A DNA stretch of 64,000 nt from an uncultured Oscillospiraceae bacterium (GTDB taxonomy: Bacteria; Bacillota; Clostridia; Oscillospirales; Oscillospiraceae), in the NCBI GenBank assembly GCA_944385405.1, contig CALWXB010000009.1:2096-66095 (forward strand). Reading direction: 5' to 3'. The notes under the pieces are model-generated. The model saw nothing but the letters and a program-made list of their open reading frames with translations. It was not told where the DNA came from and ran no database searches. Numbering within the stretch: position 1 is the first letter of the stretch; each line of letters opens with the position of its first letter. Both the position numbers and the translations under genes were made by a program. Positions 10,243-18,653 of this stretch are shown here, piece by piece.

Positions 10243-10292
10243 GGTCTACTTTTGTAATCCAATTATAACAGATCGGTCTACACACGTCAACC
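10243..10292 (-). promoter_or_regulatory. Sigma-A promoter with two BlaI-type operator boxes
   Basis: TTGACG-17-TATAAT (10290-10262). Related boxes ggtctacttttgtaatcc (10243-10260) and ggtctacacacgtcaacc (10275-10292) resemble the TACA-N-TGTA BlaI/CopY site. Confidence 0.7.
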
Positions 10293-10356
10293 AGATAGGC
10301 AAAAGTTTCACCGGGCAGGCCCGATAAAGCGCGGACGGCGCGCCGGTATGACCGGG

Positions 10357-10392
10357 AAAGGCCCCGGCGGAGTCCATCCGCCGGGGCCTTTT
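10357..10392 (-). terminator. Intrinsic terminator after the M15 peptidase gene
   Basis: aaaggccccggcgga...tccgccggggcctttt. Confidence 0.7.
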
Positions 10393-11034
10393 TCAGATGA
10401 GTTTGAGCCGCTGAAGGACCACAGCCACCTGCTCCCGGGTCAGGGGAGCCTGGGGACCGCTGCCGTCCAGGATGCCGGCCTTTTTGGCCGCGTCCCAGGC
10501 CTGGGCGGACCACTGGCCCGCAGGCCGGGACTGCACCTTGGACGCGTAAGCCTGCATGGCTGCCTCGAACATGGCGTTGAACTGCTCCTGGGTCATCTCC
10601 GGTTCCTCCTCGGATGCATAGAGCGGCATGGGGGGCGGCAGACGGCCGGCCCAGATGTCGCTGCTGCGGTAGGTGTGCTCCGGTCCGCTCCACTGGAGAT
10701 GAGGCCGGTCGGGGAAGCTTTCCCAGCGGCCGCCCCATTCAAAGCCCATGGCCTCACCCAGCCGGCCGCAGCGCTGGAAGAACACCGGGTCGTCGTACTC
10801 GTGGCCCGGTACGTTCTTGCAGAAGTCGAAGGCCAGCCCCACGCCCTGGGCGTGGAAGGACGGGCGCTTGGATTTGCTGTAGCCCTTGTTGTAGCGGTCC
10901 AGCTGGTAGGCCGCGTCCCGGACGGTGCCTGCGATCATTGCCGGGAGTCCCTGCGCTTTGCAAAGGGACAGGAATACCCGGCAGTTGGCGGCCACATCAG
11001 GCCGCAGGTCGTCGATGTTCCGGCTGTTATACAA
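10393..11034 (-). CDS. M15-family peptidoglycan peptidase (L-Ala-D-Glu endopeptidase/endolysin-like) with an SLH-like C-terminal motif
   Basis: R..YQ..RY..G, SFH..GLAFD, EWGGRW..FPDRPHLQ; tail W..AKKAGILDG..P..PLTREQVAVVL; TTG start. Confidence 0.85.
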   Translation of the reverse strand: MYNSRNIDDLRPDVAANCRVFLSLCKAQGLPAMIAGTVRDAAYQLDRYNKGYSKSKRPSFHAQGVGLAFDFCKNVPGHEYDDPVFFQRCGRLGEAMGFEWGGRWESFPDRPHLQWSGPEHTYRSSDIWAGRLPPPMPLYASEEEPEMTQEQFNAMFEAAMQAYASKVQSRPAGQWSAQAWDAAKKAGILDGSGPQAPLTREQVAVVLQRLKLI

Positions 11035-11123
11035 GGGAGATCACCGCCTTTTGGGAAGTGGCGGCGCTCCCTGGGGAGCGCTCGCTGCTTCAGTTTATGC
11101 CGCGCAGGCGGCGGAGGTGCGCG

Positions 11124-11510
11124 TCAGGGGCGGTTGAACCAGGCGTGAAAGCGGTCCTGGCGCTTCCAGCCCTGGTTTCGGGCGAGGCACCAGCCTACCG
11201 TGAGATTGACGCCGGGGGGCAGCTCCGCCGCAAGGTAGGTGCGGCACCGGCCCCGCTCCAAAATGAGAAGATAGGAGCCGGGGGCCAGAGAGACGAACAG
11301 CGCCTCCCCCGTGGCCAGCAGCGTCCGGACGGAACAGCCGCATCCCCCGCAGGGGCGCAGGGACACCCGGTCCCCCGGCTGCCAGTCCTCCAGCAGCACG
11401 CGCAGCGCGCAGCGAGTCCAGCCCGGCCGGAGGCACAAGGGCGCGTGGACCTCTTCGCCGGGGCGCAGGCAGATCCGTCGGCAGGCTGTCCAGCCAGGCG
11501 GGGAGATCAC
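11124..11510 (-). CDS. Cys/Trp/Arg-rich hypothetical protein (128 aa)
   Basis: GTG at 11510 overlaps the TGA at 11507-11509 (GTGA coupling); MISPPGWTACRRICLRPGEE...; fills the operon gap. Confidence 0.6.
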   Translation of the reverse strand: MISPPGWTACRRICLRPGEEVHAPLCLRPGWTRCALRVLLEDWQPGDRVSLRPCGGCGCSVRTLLATGEALFVSLAPGSYLLILERGRCRTYLAAELPPGVNLTVGWCLARNQGWKRQDRFHAWFNRP

Positions 11511-12364
11511 CGGGACAGCATGGCCTTGACCAGATATTCCCCGGCGCTGACGCCGCCGAAGAGATACATGCCCGCATCGTTGGTCTTGGTGGTAGCCACC
11601 AGCAGCTCCTAGGTGCTGCCGGCGGCCGCCTGGTAGAGGCCTACGAAGCATCCGGCCACCGCCTGGCCGCTGCTGCTGCGGATGATGCCGCTGACGGTGC
11701 CGTTGTAGGTGCGGGTGTCCGTCTCCATGGCCATGGACACGTTGGCAATGGAGCCGCCGGCGATGACGGCGGTCATGGAGGCCAGAGACCGATAGCCCTC
11801 GGCGGCGGAGGTCAGGGTGTAGACGCCGTCGGCCAGGTCATAGAAGGCGAACTCCCCGTCGGCGGCGGAGTAGGTGACGGCCAGGACGGTGCCCAGGGCA
11901 TCGGAGAGGGTGATCTTGCCGCCGCTGAGCGGCACGGAGGCGCCCAGCGGGTCCAGAACGGTCAGCACGCCGGCAATGGTGCCCAGAGACAGCGTGGCGT
12001 CGGCGGTGCAGGCCAGATTCACCTCCACCGTGGATCCCGCGGACAAGGTGACGCCGGCGGCGTCGCTGAGGCGATATCCCTCCCGGACGGCGGCCAGGCT
12101 GTACGTGCCGGCGGGGATGCCGGAGATCGTATAGGCGCCGGAGGCGTCCGTCAGGGTATGCTTGTAGGGCAGCCCGGCACTGTCGAAGAGCTTGACGGTG
12201 GCGTCGGCCAGGGGCACGCCGCCGGCGGCCACTACGCCGTAAACCGTGGCGGAGGCGGTGTCGGCAGGGGGCAGAGACAGATCGACGTTGGCTTCCGCCA
12301 TGCCCTGGATCTCAAAGTTTTGGCTGTACTGCAGGCTGAGCAGATCGCTGCGGATGTCTGCCAT
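11507..12364 (-). pseudogene. Three-repeat carboxypeptidase-regulatory-like (Cna-B/prealbumin-like) domain protein interrupted by an in-frame TAG at 11609-11611; either a nonsense allele or read-through
   Basis: Repeats 1 and 2 are complete (TLTDASGAYTISGIPAGTYSL; TYSAADGEFAFYDLADGVYTL). Repeat 3 is completed only after the TAG: *ELLVATTKTNDAGMYLFGGVSAGEYLVKAMLSR-TGA. Confidence 0.75.
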
Positions 12365-12382
12365 GAACGGTTCCTCCTGGAT

Positions 12383-12970
12383 TCATGATGAAGTGTGGGC
12401 GGACAGATGGGTGGGACTGCCGATGAGGTAGCCCACGCAGCCGGACACAAAGTCCCGGAACTGCACCACCGTGGCGGTGGCGGAGTTGGAGGGCGTCCCG
12501 CCGGTGTTGCGCAGGATCACCAGCACCACCAGGCAGAAAAGCCCCAGCACTGCGGCCACCGTGGTCTGCACGCAGCGGGCGGGCGCAGCGGCACGGGTCT
12601 CTGCGGCGCCGGAGACGGTCTCCGGCGCCGCCGCAGAAAAGCCGATGCGTCCGGTGGGGCCGGCGCTGTCCGCCGTTTTCAGCATATGCCCGGAGACGGG
12701 GAGAGGTGACGCGCTGTCCTGCCCGGCGCAGCTGAGGAAGCTGCCGCTGAGGAAATAGCCGAAAATGGACGCGGCGGCCGTGCGGACGATGATGTCGATC
12801 TCGTCGGCCAGAGGGCCGCCGGGGCCGGGAACGAAGAGAGAGTAGGCGGACTGGCCCAGCAGCACGGCCATGCACAAAAGCAGGCTCCGGTCCACGGGGT
12901 GGATGCCGGCCAGTGCCGTCCGCAGGGCGTTGAGCAGGGCGCGCAGGCGCGCCGCGGCGTGTTTGGACAT
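12383..12970 (-). CDS. Hypothetical membrane protein with two related helical hairpins
   Basis: AAAGGAGG RBS; IIVRTAAASIFGYFLS resembles VQFRDFVSGCVGYLIG. Confidence 0.75.
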   Translation of the reverse strand: MSKHAAARLRALLNALRTALAGIHPVDRSLLLCMAVLLGQSAYSLFVPGPGGPLADEIDIIVRTAAASIFGYFLSGSFLSCAGQDSASPLPVSGHMLKTADSAGPTGRIGFSAAAPETVSGAAETRAAAPARCVQTTVAAVLGLFCLVVLVILRNTGGTPSNSATATVVQFRDFVSGCVGYLIGSPTHLSAHTSS

Positions 12971-12994
12971 ATGAAGGCCTCCTTTCCGCTGCCC

Positions 12995-13177
12995 CTATCG
13001 CAGGAAAAAGCGGACAGGGACACGGGTCTCCACCAAAACGGGATTGCTGAAGATGTTCCTGCCGCCGAAGCGGAGGCGGGCGGTGCTGTGGAGAAACAGC
13101 GTCAGCTCCGCCTCTATGCTCCGGCCGGGGCTGCAGGGTGCCCGGCGGTTGACGCAGTTAACCGGCGGAGCCTTCAA
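12995..13177 (-). CDS. Small protein (about 60 aa) resembling the N-terminal strand of the adjacent DUF11 protein
   Basis: LHSTARLRFGGRNIFSNPV aligns with LDNTASVTYNGTTVSSNPV. TTG start is uncertain; ends in TAG. Confidence 0.55.
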   Translation of the reverse strand: MKAPPVNCVNRRAPCSPGRSIEAELTLFLHSTARLRFGGRNIFSNPVLVETRVPVRFFLR

Positions 13178-13538
13178 CCAGCACCTGAAACGTCAGGATG
13201 GCGATGCCGGCGGCGGGAATGCTGGGGATCGTATAGCTGAGGGTGCTGCCGGAGATCGTGGGGGTGACGGGGCTGCCGTTGAGCGTGAAGGAGTCCGTGA
13301 GGTACACCGCGCCCTCCGGGATGGTGTCCGAGAAGGGCAGGCTGCTGATGGGGCTCAGAGATACGTTGGTGACGGTGACGGTATAGGTCAGGGTATCTCC
13401 GATGGAGGCGGTGGGCCGGTCCACGGATTTGACCACGGTGGGGGGCAGGAGCAGCAGGGTGGAGACGGGATTGCTGCTGACGGTGGTGCCGTTGTAGGTG
13501 ACGCTGGCGGTATTGTCCAGGCGGTTGATGAGTGCCAT
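13158..13538 (-). CDS. Single DUF11 (conserved repeat, Ig-like) domain protein
   Basis: VVKSVDRPTASIGDTLTYTVTVTN...FSDTIPEGAVYLTDS...LTFQV; AAAGGATGTG RBS. Confidence 0.85.
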   Translation of the reverse strand: MALINRLDNTASVTYNGTTVSSNPVSTLLLLPPTVVKSVDRPTASIGDTLTYTVTVTNVSLSPISSLPFSDTIPEGAVYLTDSFTLNGSPVTPTISGSTLSYTIPSIPAAGIAILTFQVLVEGSAG

Positions 13539-13563
13539 GAAAAAATCACATCCTTTCGCCACC

Positions 13564-13592
13564 AGGGTATGCATGCGGCGGACAGAGAGTGA
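13564..13592 (-). promoter_or_regulatory. Putative SigK/SigE-type mother-cell promoter for the DUF11 operon
   Basis: Minus strand tcAC-17 nt-CATACCCT matches AC...CATAnnnT; no sigma-A consensus seen on this strand nearby. Confidence 0.45.
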
Positions 13593-13621
13593 CGGCGGAA
13601 ACGGTCCGGCGGGAGGGAGGC

Positions 13622-13650
13622 TTGACATGGTTTTTCCGGTAGTATATAGT
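13622..13650 (+). promoter_or_regulatory. Sigma-A promoter of the deacylase-lyase operon
   Basis: TTGACA-17-TATAGT. Confidence 0.75.
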
Positions 13651-13703
13651 AAAAAAATAATACTTCGCGCCCATGAATTTTCGCACGGTCAAAGGAGAAT
13701 CCC

Positions 13704-14642
13704 ATGAAAAAGACAGAGAAAATGCTTTGCTATCCCGCCGGCGAGGGCCGGGAGATCCAGATCCCCGTGGTGACCCTGGAGGGTGACGCCCCCGGTCCCC
13801 ATGCCGTCATCACTGCCGGCATCCACGGCTGCGAATATCCTCCCATCCTGGCAGCGGCGGAGTTTTGCCGCACCTGTGATCTCCGGGATATCCGGGGCAC
13901 CGTCACAGTGGTGACCATCAGCACCCTGGAGTCCTTCCGCACCCGGACGCCCTTCGTCTGCCCGGTGGACGGCAAGAACCCCAACCGATTCTTCCCCGGT
14001 GATCTCAACGGCACTTATACCCAGCAGCTGACCTATCATCTCTTCCACGACATCATCGCCGGGGCGGATTACCACATCGACCTCCACTGCGGCGACATGA
14101 CCGAGACCCTGGCGCCCTTCTGCGAGTTCGGCACCGGATACAGCGAAAAGGTGGACGCCATGAGCCGGGACATCGCCCTCTACAGCGGCATGCCCAGCTT
14201 GGTGGAGTCCAACCTCAACGCAGACCCCGGCGATTTGCCCCAGGGCCTGAACTACCTCAACTCCGTCCAGCACGGCGTTGCCGGTGCCATCGTAGAGATC
14301 GGTCAGATGGGCCGCACCGACCGGGAATATGTGGATGGGCAGCTGTTCTGCATCCGCAACGTGCTGCGCCGCATGGGCAACCTGGCCGGCGAGGCGGTGC
14401 CCACCGCCGATCCTGCCTGGTTCACCACTTATGAGACGGTGTACGCCCCCGTTCAGGGCATCTTCGTGCGCTGCGTGGAGGCCGGCACCGATGTCAAGGC
14501 CGGGCAGAAGATCGGAGAGATCTGGGATTACTTCGGCAACCCCGTGGCCCAGGTCCACGTGCCCGCCGACGGACGCATTTTGTATCTCACCTCCAGCATC
14601 GCCGTGGAAAAGGACGGCTTCCTGCTGGATATGGTGCACTGA
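13704..14642 (+). CDS. Succinylglutamate desuccinylase/aspartoacylase family (M14) hydrolase
   Basis: AGIHGCE, DGKNPNRFFPG, IDLHCGD; C-terminal barrel-sandwich hybrid domain. Confidence 0.9.
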   Translation: MKKTEKMLCYPAGEGREIQIPVVTLEGDAPGPHAVITAGIHGCEYPPILAAAEFCRTCDLRDIRGTVTVVTISTLESFRTRTPFVCPVDGKNPNRFFPGDLNGTYTQQLTYHLFHDIIAGADYHIDLHCGDMTETLAPFCEFGTGYSEKVDAMSRDIALYSGMPSLVESNLNADPGDLPQGLNYLNSVQHGVAGAIVEIGQMGRTDREYVDGQLFCIRNVLRRMGNLAGEAVPTADPAWFTTYETVYAPVQGIFVRCVEAGTDVKAGQKIGEIWDYFGNPVAQVHVPADGRILYLTSSIAVEKDGFLLDMVH

Positions 14643-14654
14643 AGGAGGAACGAC

Positions 14655-15827
14655 ATGTCCAGAGGAACCGAGATTCTGTACAAGGGCAGCCGCATCACCG
14701 GCAAGCACGACACGCCGGAGTGCGAGCCCATCTACCTCACCAACGCCTTCAACGTCTCCGACCTGGATGAACTGGATTTCGTCTATGACGGCGGCGGCTA
14801 CGCCTACAACCGCACCTGCAATCCCAACCGCACGCTGCTGGCCGAGTCCATGACCTATCTGGAAGGCGGCGAGGACACCCTCATCTGCAACTGCGGCATG
14901 TCCGCCATCACCACGGCCCTGCAGACCCTGGTGAAGGCCGGGGACCACATCCTCTCCGACCGGACCCTCTACGGTGAGACCATCGACGTCATCAGCCGGG
15001 TGCTGGGCAAATTCGGCGTGGAGGTCACCTACATCGACTTTGCCGACCTGGATCAGGTCCGCGCGGGCATCCGGCCCAACACCCGGGTGCTCTACACGGA
15101 GACGGAGTCCAACCCCATGATGGGCATCGTGGACATCGCCGCCGTGGCGGAGATCGCCCACGCCCACGGCTGCAAGCTGGTGGTGGACAACACCTTCACC
15201 ACCTCCTACATGATCCGGCCCCTGGAGCAGGGGGCGGACGTGGTGGTCAGCAGCCTCACCAAGTTCGTCAACGGCCACGGCGACACCCTCTGCGGATCCA
15301 TCACCGGTTCCCGGGAGTTCATCAAGGAGGCCTACGAGATCCAGCAGTTCACCGGCTCCGTGGCGGACCCCTTCTCCTGCTGGACGGTGTCCCGCTCCAT
15401 CCGGACCCTGGACCTGCGGATGCCCCGCCACATGGACAACGCTGCCCGTCTGGCGGCGGCCCTGGAGAAGGACCCCCATGTGACCCGGGTGCTGTATCCC
15501 GGCCTGGAGAGCCATCCCCAGCACGAGCTGGCCGGCCGCGTCTTTGAGCACGGCTACGGCGGTATGCTCAGCTTCTTCGTCCCCGAGGACCGGGAGAAGA
15601 TCAACGCCTTCATGCACGCACTGCGCTATGTGCGCTATGCCATGACGCTGGGCGGTCCCCGTACCACCATCGCCCACCCCGTCACCTCCTCCCACTACGA
15701 CGTGCCCGAGGAGGAGCGGCGGAAGATGGGCATCACCTTCGGACTGATCCGGGTGTCCGTGGGCCTGGAGGATCCCGAGGACCTCATCGCGGACTTCACC
15801 AACGCCCTGAAGGTCTTTGACGACTGA
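14655..15827 (+). CDS. Cys/Met metabolism PLP-dependent enzyme (cystathionine gamma-lyase/synthase family)
   Basis: PIYLT, YNRTCNP, GMSAI, DNTF, SLTKFVNGHGD (PLP lysine), LIRVSVGLED. Confidence 0.92.
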   Translation: MSRGTEILYKGSRITGKHDTPECEPIYLTNAFNVSDLDELDFVYDGGGYAYNRTCNPNRTLLAESMTYLEGGEDTLICNCGMSAITTALQTLVKAGDHILSDRTLYGETIDVISRVLGKFGVEVTYIDFADLDQVRAGIRPNTRVLYTETESNPMMGIVDIAAVAEIAHAHGCKLVVDNTFTTSYMIRPLEQGADVVVSSLTKFVNGHGDTLCGSITGSREFIKEAYEIQQFTGSVADPFSCWTVSRSIRTLDLRMPRHMDNAARLAAALEKDPHVTRVLYPGLESHPQHELAGRVFEHGYGGMLSFFVPEDREKINAFMHALRYVRYAMTLGGPRTTIAHPVTSSHYDVPEEERRKMGITFGLIRVSVGLEDPEDLIADFTNALKVFDD

Positions 15828-15844
15828 GCGCCTGTACGCAAATC

Positions 15845-15883
15845 AAAACTGCGCCCCCGCTGATGAAGCGGGGGCGCAGTTTT
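15845..15883. terminator. Bidirectional intrinsic terminator
   Basis: aaaactgcgcccccgct...agcgggggcgcagtttt between convergent genes. Confidence 0.8.
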
Positions 15884-15892
15884 TGCAGAAGT

Positions 15893-16675
15893 TCAGATAA
15901 AGCGGGTGGGGACGGGCAGAGGGATGCGGGAGAATTCCGCCAGGAAGTCCACGATATAATCCGCCGTGGCGCTGAGCATCTCCCGGCCCCACTCCTCCGT
16001 GGCGTCCTTCGGATGATCCGGGCCGATCCAGCCGTTATGGGCGTACTGGTGCACGTCCCGGGGCAGCTCCACGTTCACGCCCTTGTAGCGCACGAAGTCG
16101 AAGCCGTTGGTGGGCAGGGTGTCCCCGGCGTCATTGTACTGCATCTGCTCATCAATGGCGGAGCGGTCCACAAAGGCGGGATTCACCGCCATCACCGCCG
16201 CCGTCTCCTGGCCGCCGCCGTGGCCGCCGGCCCAGGCGGGGTTCAGCTCCCCGGCCATCTTCCACCAGTTCAGAAGGGCGCACCAGGCGCCCCGGCGGTG
16301 AAGGGCGCAGCCCACCTCCTCCAGGGTGCGGATGTTGCCGCCGTGGCCGTTGACGATGGCAAAGCGCCGCACGCCGCAGTCGTACAGCGCGTCGGTGATG
16401 CGGGTCATCACCGCCCGCAGCACGTCGGGGCCCAGGGAGATGCTGCCGGGAAAGCCCATCAGATCGTCGCAGTTGCCATAGGGCACCATCGGGGCGATGA
16501 GGTATTCCGGCGCCCGGGCCTCGATCATCTCCAAAAGCTTTTCCGGCACCAGGGTGTCGGTGCCCAGCGCGATGTGCCGGCCGTGGCATTCGTTGCTGCC
16601 AACGCCCAGCAGCACCAGATCGTTCCGGGCAAAATAGTCCTGGGCCTGGGGCCAGGTCATGTGCTGCAGTCTCAT
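15893..16675 (-). CDS. Creatininase/creatinine amidohydrolase family protein
   Basis: GSNECHGRHIALGTD, FPGSISL, VNGHGGN, GHGGGQET; GGAGG RBS before MRLQHMTW. Confidence 0.9.
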   Translation of the reverse strand: MRLQHMTWPQAQDYFARNDLVLLGVGSNECHGRHIALGTDTLVPEKLLEMIEARAPEYLIAPMVPYGNCDDLMGFPGSISLGPDVLRAVMTRITDALYDCGVRRFAIVNGHGGNIRTLEEVGCALHRRGAWCALLNWWKMAGELNPAWAGGHGGGQETAAVMAVNPAFVDRSAIDEQMQYNDAGDTLPTNGFDFVRYKGVNVELPRDVHQYAHNGWIGPDHPKDATEEWGREMLSATADYIVDFLAEFSRIPLPVPTRFI

Positions 16676-16968
16676 GGATGTGCCTCCTGTAAAATGCATA
16701 TTTGGGTGTATATTTTTGCTTTTATGCAAGGTCCGCCCTTGAGGGACAAAAAAACCCTGATTGTTTTTAAATTATACGCCGCCATGCGGGAAAGCGCAAT
16801 TCCAAAATGACGGTTCTTTCGTGGTTTTTATCAAAAATGACTGTAAAAATATCCTGTTTTCCCTGTATTTCATATTGACTTTTTCCGATGGAATCAAGTA
16901 ATATGTTAAAAGTTATTTGGTGTTCCTTGCAAGAGGAGCCATATTTTGCAAAGAGGGAGATTGTTGAA

Positions 16969-18546
16969 ATGAATTTCAAAAAGCTTGTCTGTCTGGCTTT
17001 GGCGCTGGTGACGGCGCTGAGTCTGACCGCCTGCGGCGGCTCTGAGACTGAGGAAGCCCAGCAGCCCGCAGACGGCGGGGCCGCTGACGCCGCCCCTGCC
17101 GACACCATCGTCATCGGCCGGGCCTACGACTCCGACAACCTGGACCCCGTGGTGCAGGTGGGCAACTACAACATCTGGATCCTGGATCTGATGCTGGAGG
17201 GCCTGGTGCAGTGCACCGACGACGGCTCCGCGGTGGAGCCCTGCCTGGCCACTGACTGGACCGTCAGCGACGACGGCCTGACCTATACCTTCAACCTCAA
17301 GGAGGGCCTGTGCTTCTCCGACGGTACCCCCGTCACCGGCGAGGACTGGGTGTTCTCCTTTGAGCGGGCCATGAGCATGCCGGACGAGAGCTGGTACTTC
17401 ACCGTGGAGAACATCGCCTCTGTGGAGGCACCGGACGACACCACCTTCATCGTCCACCTCAAGGAGGTCTCCGCCGCCACGCTGCCCAACCTGAGCATGT
17501 GGACCTGCGGCGTTCAGTCCAAGGCCTACTACGAGCAGGTGGGAGACGAGGGCTACGTCAACGGCTTCATCGGCACCGGCCCCTACATGCTCACCGACTG
17601 GAGCAAGGGTGAGTCCATGACCTTCGAGGCCAACCCCTACTATCACATCGAGGGCCAGCCTGTTACCAAGAACATCCTCATGCGGGTCATCGCCGATGAC
17701 AACTCCCGCGTGATGCAGCTGCAGTCCGGCGACATCGACGTGGCCATCAACCTGTCCATGGACAGCCTCTATCAGCTGGAGAGCGACGACCGCGTGGTGG
17801 TGGACCCCTCCACCAGCTGCGAGACCCGCTTCCTGGCGCTGAACACCTCCAACGAGTATCTCAGCAATCCCAAGGTGCGTCAGGCTCTGTCCATGGCCAC
17901 CGATCCCACCACCATCACCAGCGTGGCCACCTACGGCTACGGTGAGGTGGCCTCCACGGTGCTGCCCACCGTCAGCGCCTACATCGATCCCTCCATCCCT
18001 GTCAACCAGCAGGACCTGGAGGGCGCCAAGAAGCTGCTGGCCGAGGCCGGCTATCCCGACGGCTTCTCCCTGGATCTGATGATCTGCTCCGGCAAGACCG
18101 TGGAGGAGTCCATCGCCACCCTGGTCAAGGAGCAGTGGGCCCAGATCGGCGTGGACGTGCGGATCTGCTCCTATGAGAAGGTCACTTACACCGACAACCT
18201 CTACGGCCTGAACTTCGACGTGGTGGTGGACTACTGGACCGACGACATCTGCGATCCCTCCGAGTTCATGGAGTACCTGTGCGACTTCGACCTTTGCAGC
18301 GGCTTCGACACCAATTACAAGGTGGAGGGCATCGAGGAACTCAACGACCAGGCCAGCCGTGAGCTGGATGAGACCGCCCGCAAGGAGCTCTACTATGAGA
18401 TCCAGCAGCGCATCGCCGACGCCTACATCTACATTCCCATCTGCACGATTCCCTATGCCAACGCTGAGTCTGTGAACATCTCCAACTTCGTTCAGACTCC
18501 GCTGGGCAACCTGCGTCTGGCTACCATGACCAAGACCGCCGGCTGA
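16969..18546 (+). CDS. Peptide/nickel ABC substrate-binding lipoprotein (family 5)
   Basis: Lipobox LSLTAC; PCLATDWTVSDDGLTYTFNL, FSDGTP, IGTGPY. Confidence 0.93.
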   Translation: MNFKKLVCLALALVTALSLTACGGSETEEAQQPADGGAADAAPADTIVIGRAYDSDNLDPVVQVGNYNIWILDLMLEGLVQCTDDGSAVEPCLATDWTVSDDGLTYTFNLKEGLCFSDGTPVTGEDWVFSFERAMSMPDESWYFTVENIASVEAPDDTTFIVHLKEVSAATLPNLSMWTCGVQSKAYYEQVGDEGYVNGFIGTGPYMLTDWSKGESMTFEANPYYHIEGQPVTKNILMRVIADDNSRVMQLQSGDIDVAINLSMDSLYQLESDDRVVVDPSTSCETRFLALNTSNEYLSNPKVRQALSMATDPTTITSVATYGYGEVASTVLPTVSAYIDPSIPVNQQDLEGAKKLLAEAGYPDGFSLDLMICSGKTVEESIATLVKEQWAQIGVDVRICSYEKVTYTDNLYGLNFDVVVDYWTDDICDPSEFMEYLCDFDLCSGFDTNYKVEGIEELNDQASRELDETARKELYYEIQQRIADAYIYIPICTIPYANAESVNISNFVQTPLGNLRLATMTKTAG

Positions 18547-18653
18547 TTCCGGAAAGCGCATGAGATCCGCAAGGCCACGGGGTGAACGCCCCCGTGGCTT
18601 TGCGTGTATTGATGCGCCGCGGCTGCCGTCCATTTCCGCCAAAGGAGAGGCTT

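Noticed and set aside
10393-11034. Prophage remnant suggested by the endolysin-like M15 gene
   Set aside because: No integrase, terminase, capsid or tail genes and no composition shift around it.
13150-13177. Programmed +1 frameshift joining DUF11 to the small downstream ORF at GGT TAA C
   Set aside because: GGU to GUU re-pairing is poor and no slippery run is present; independent initiation is simpler.
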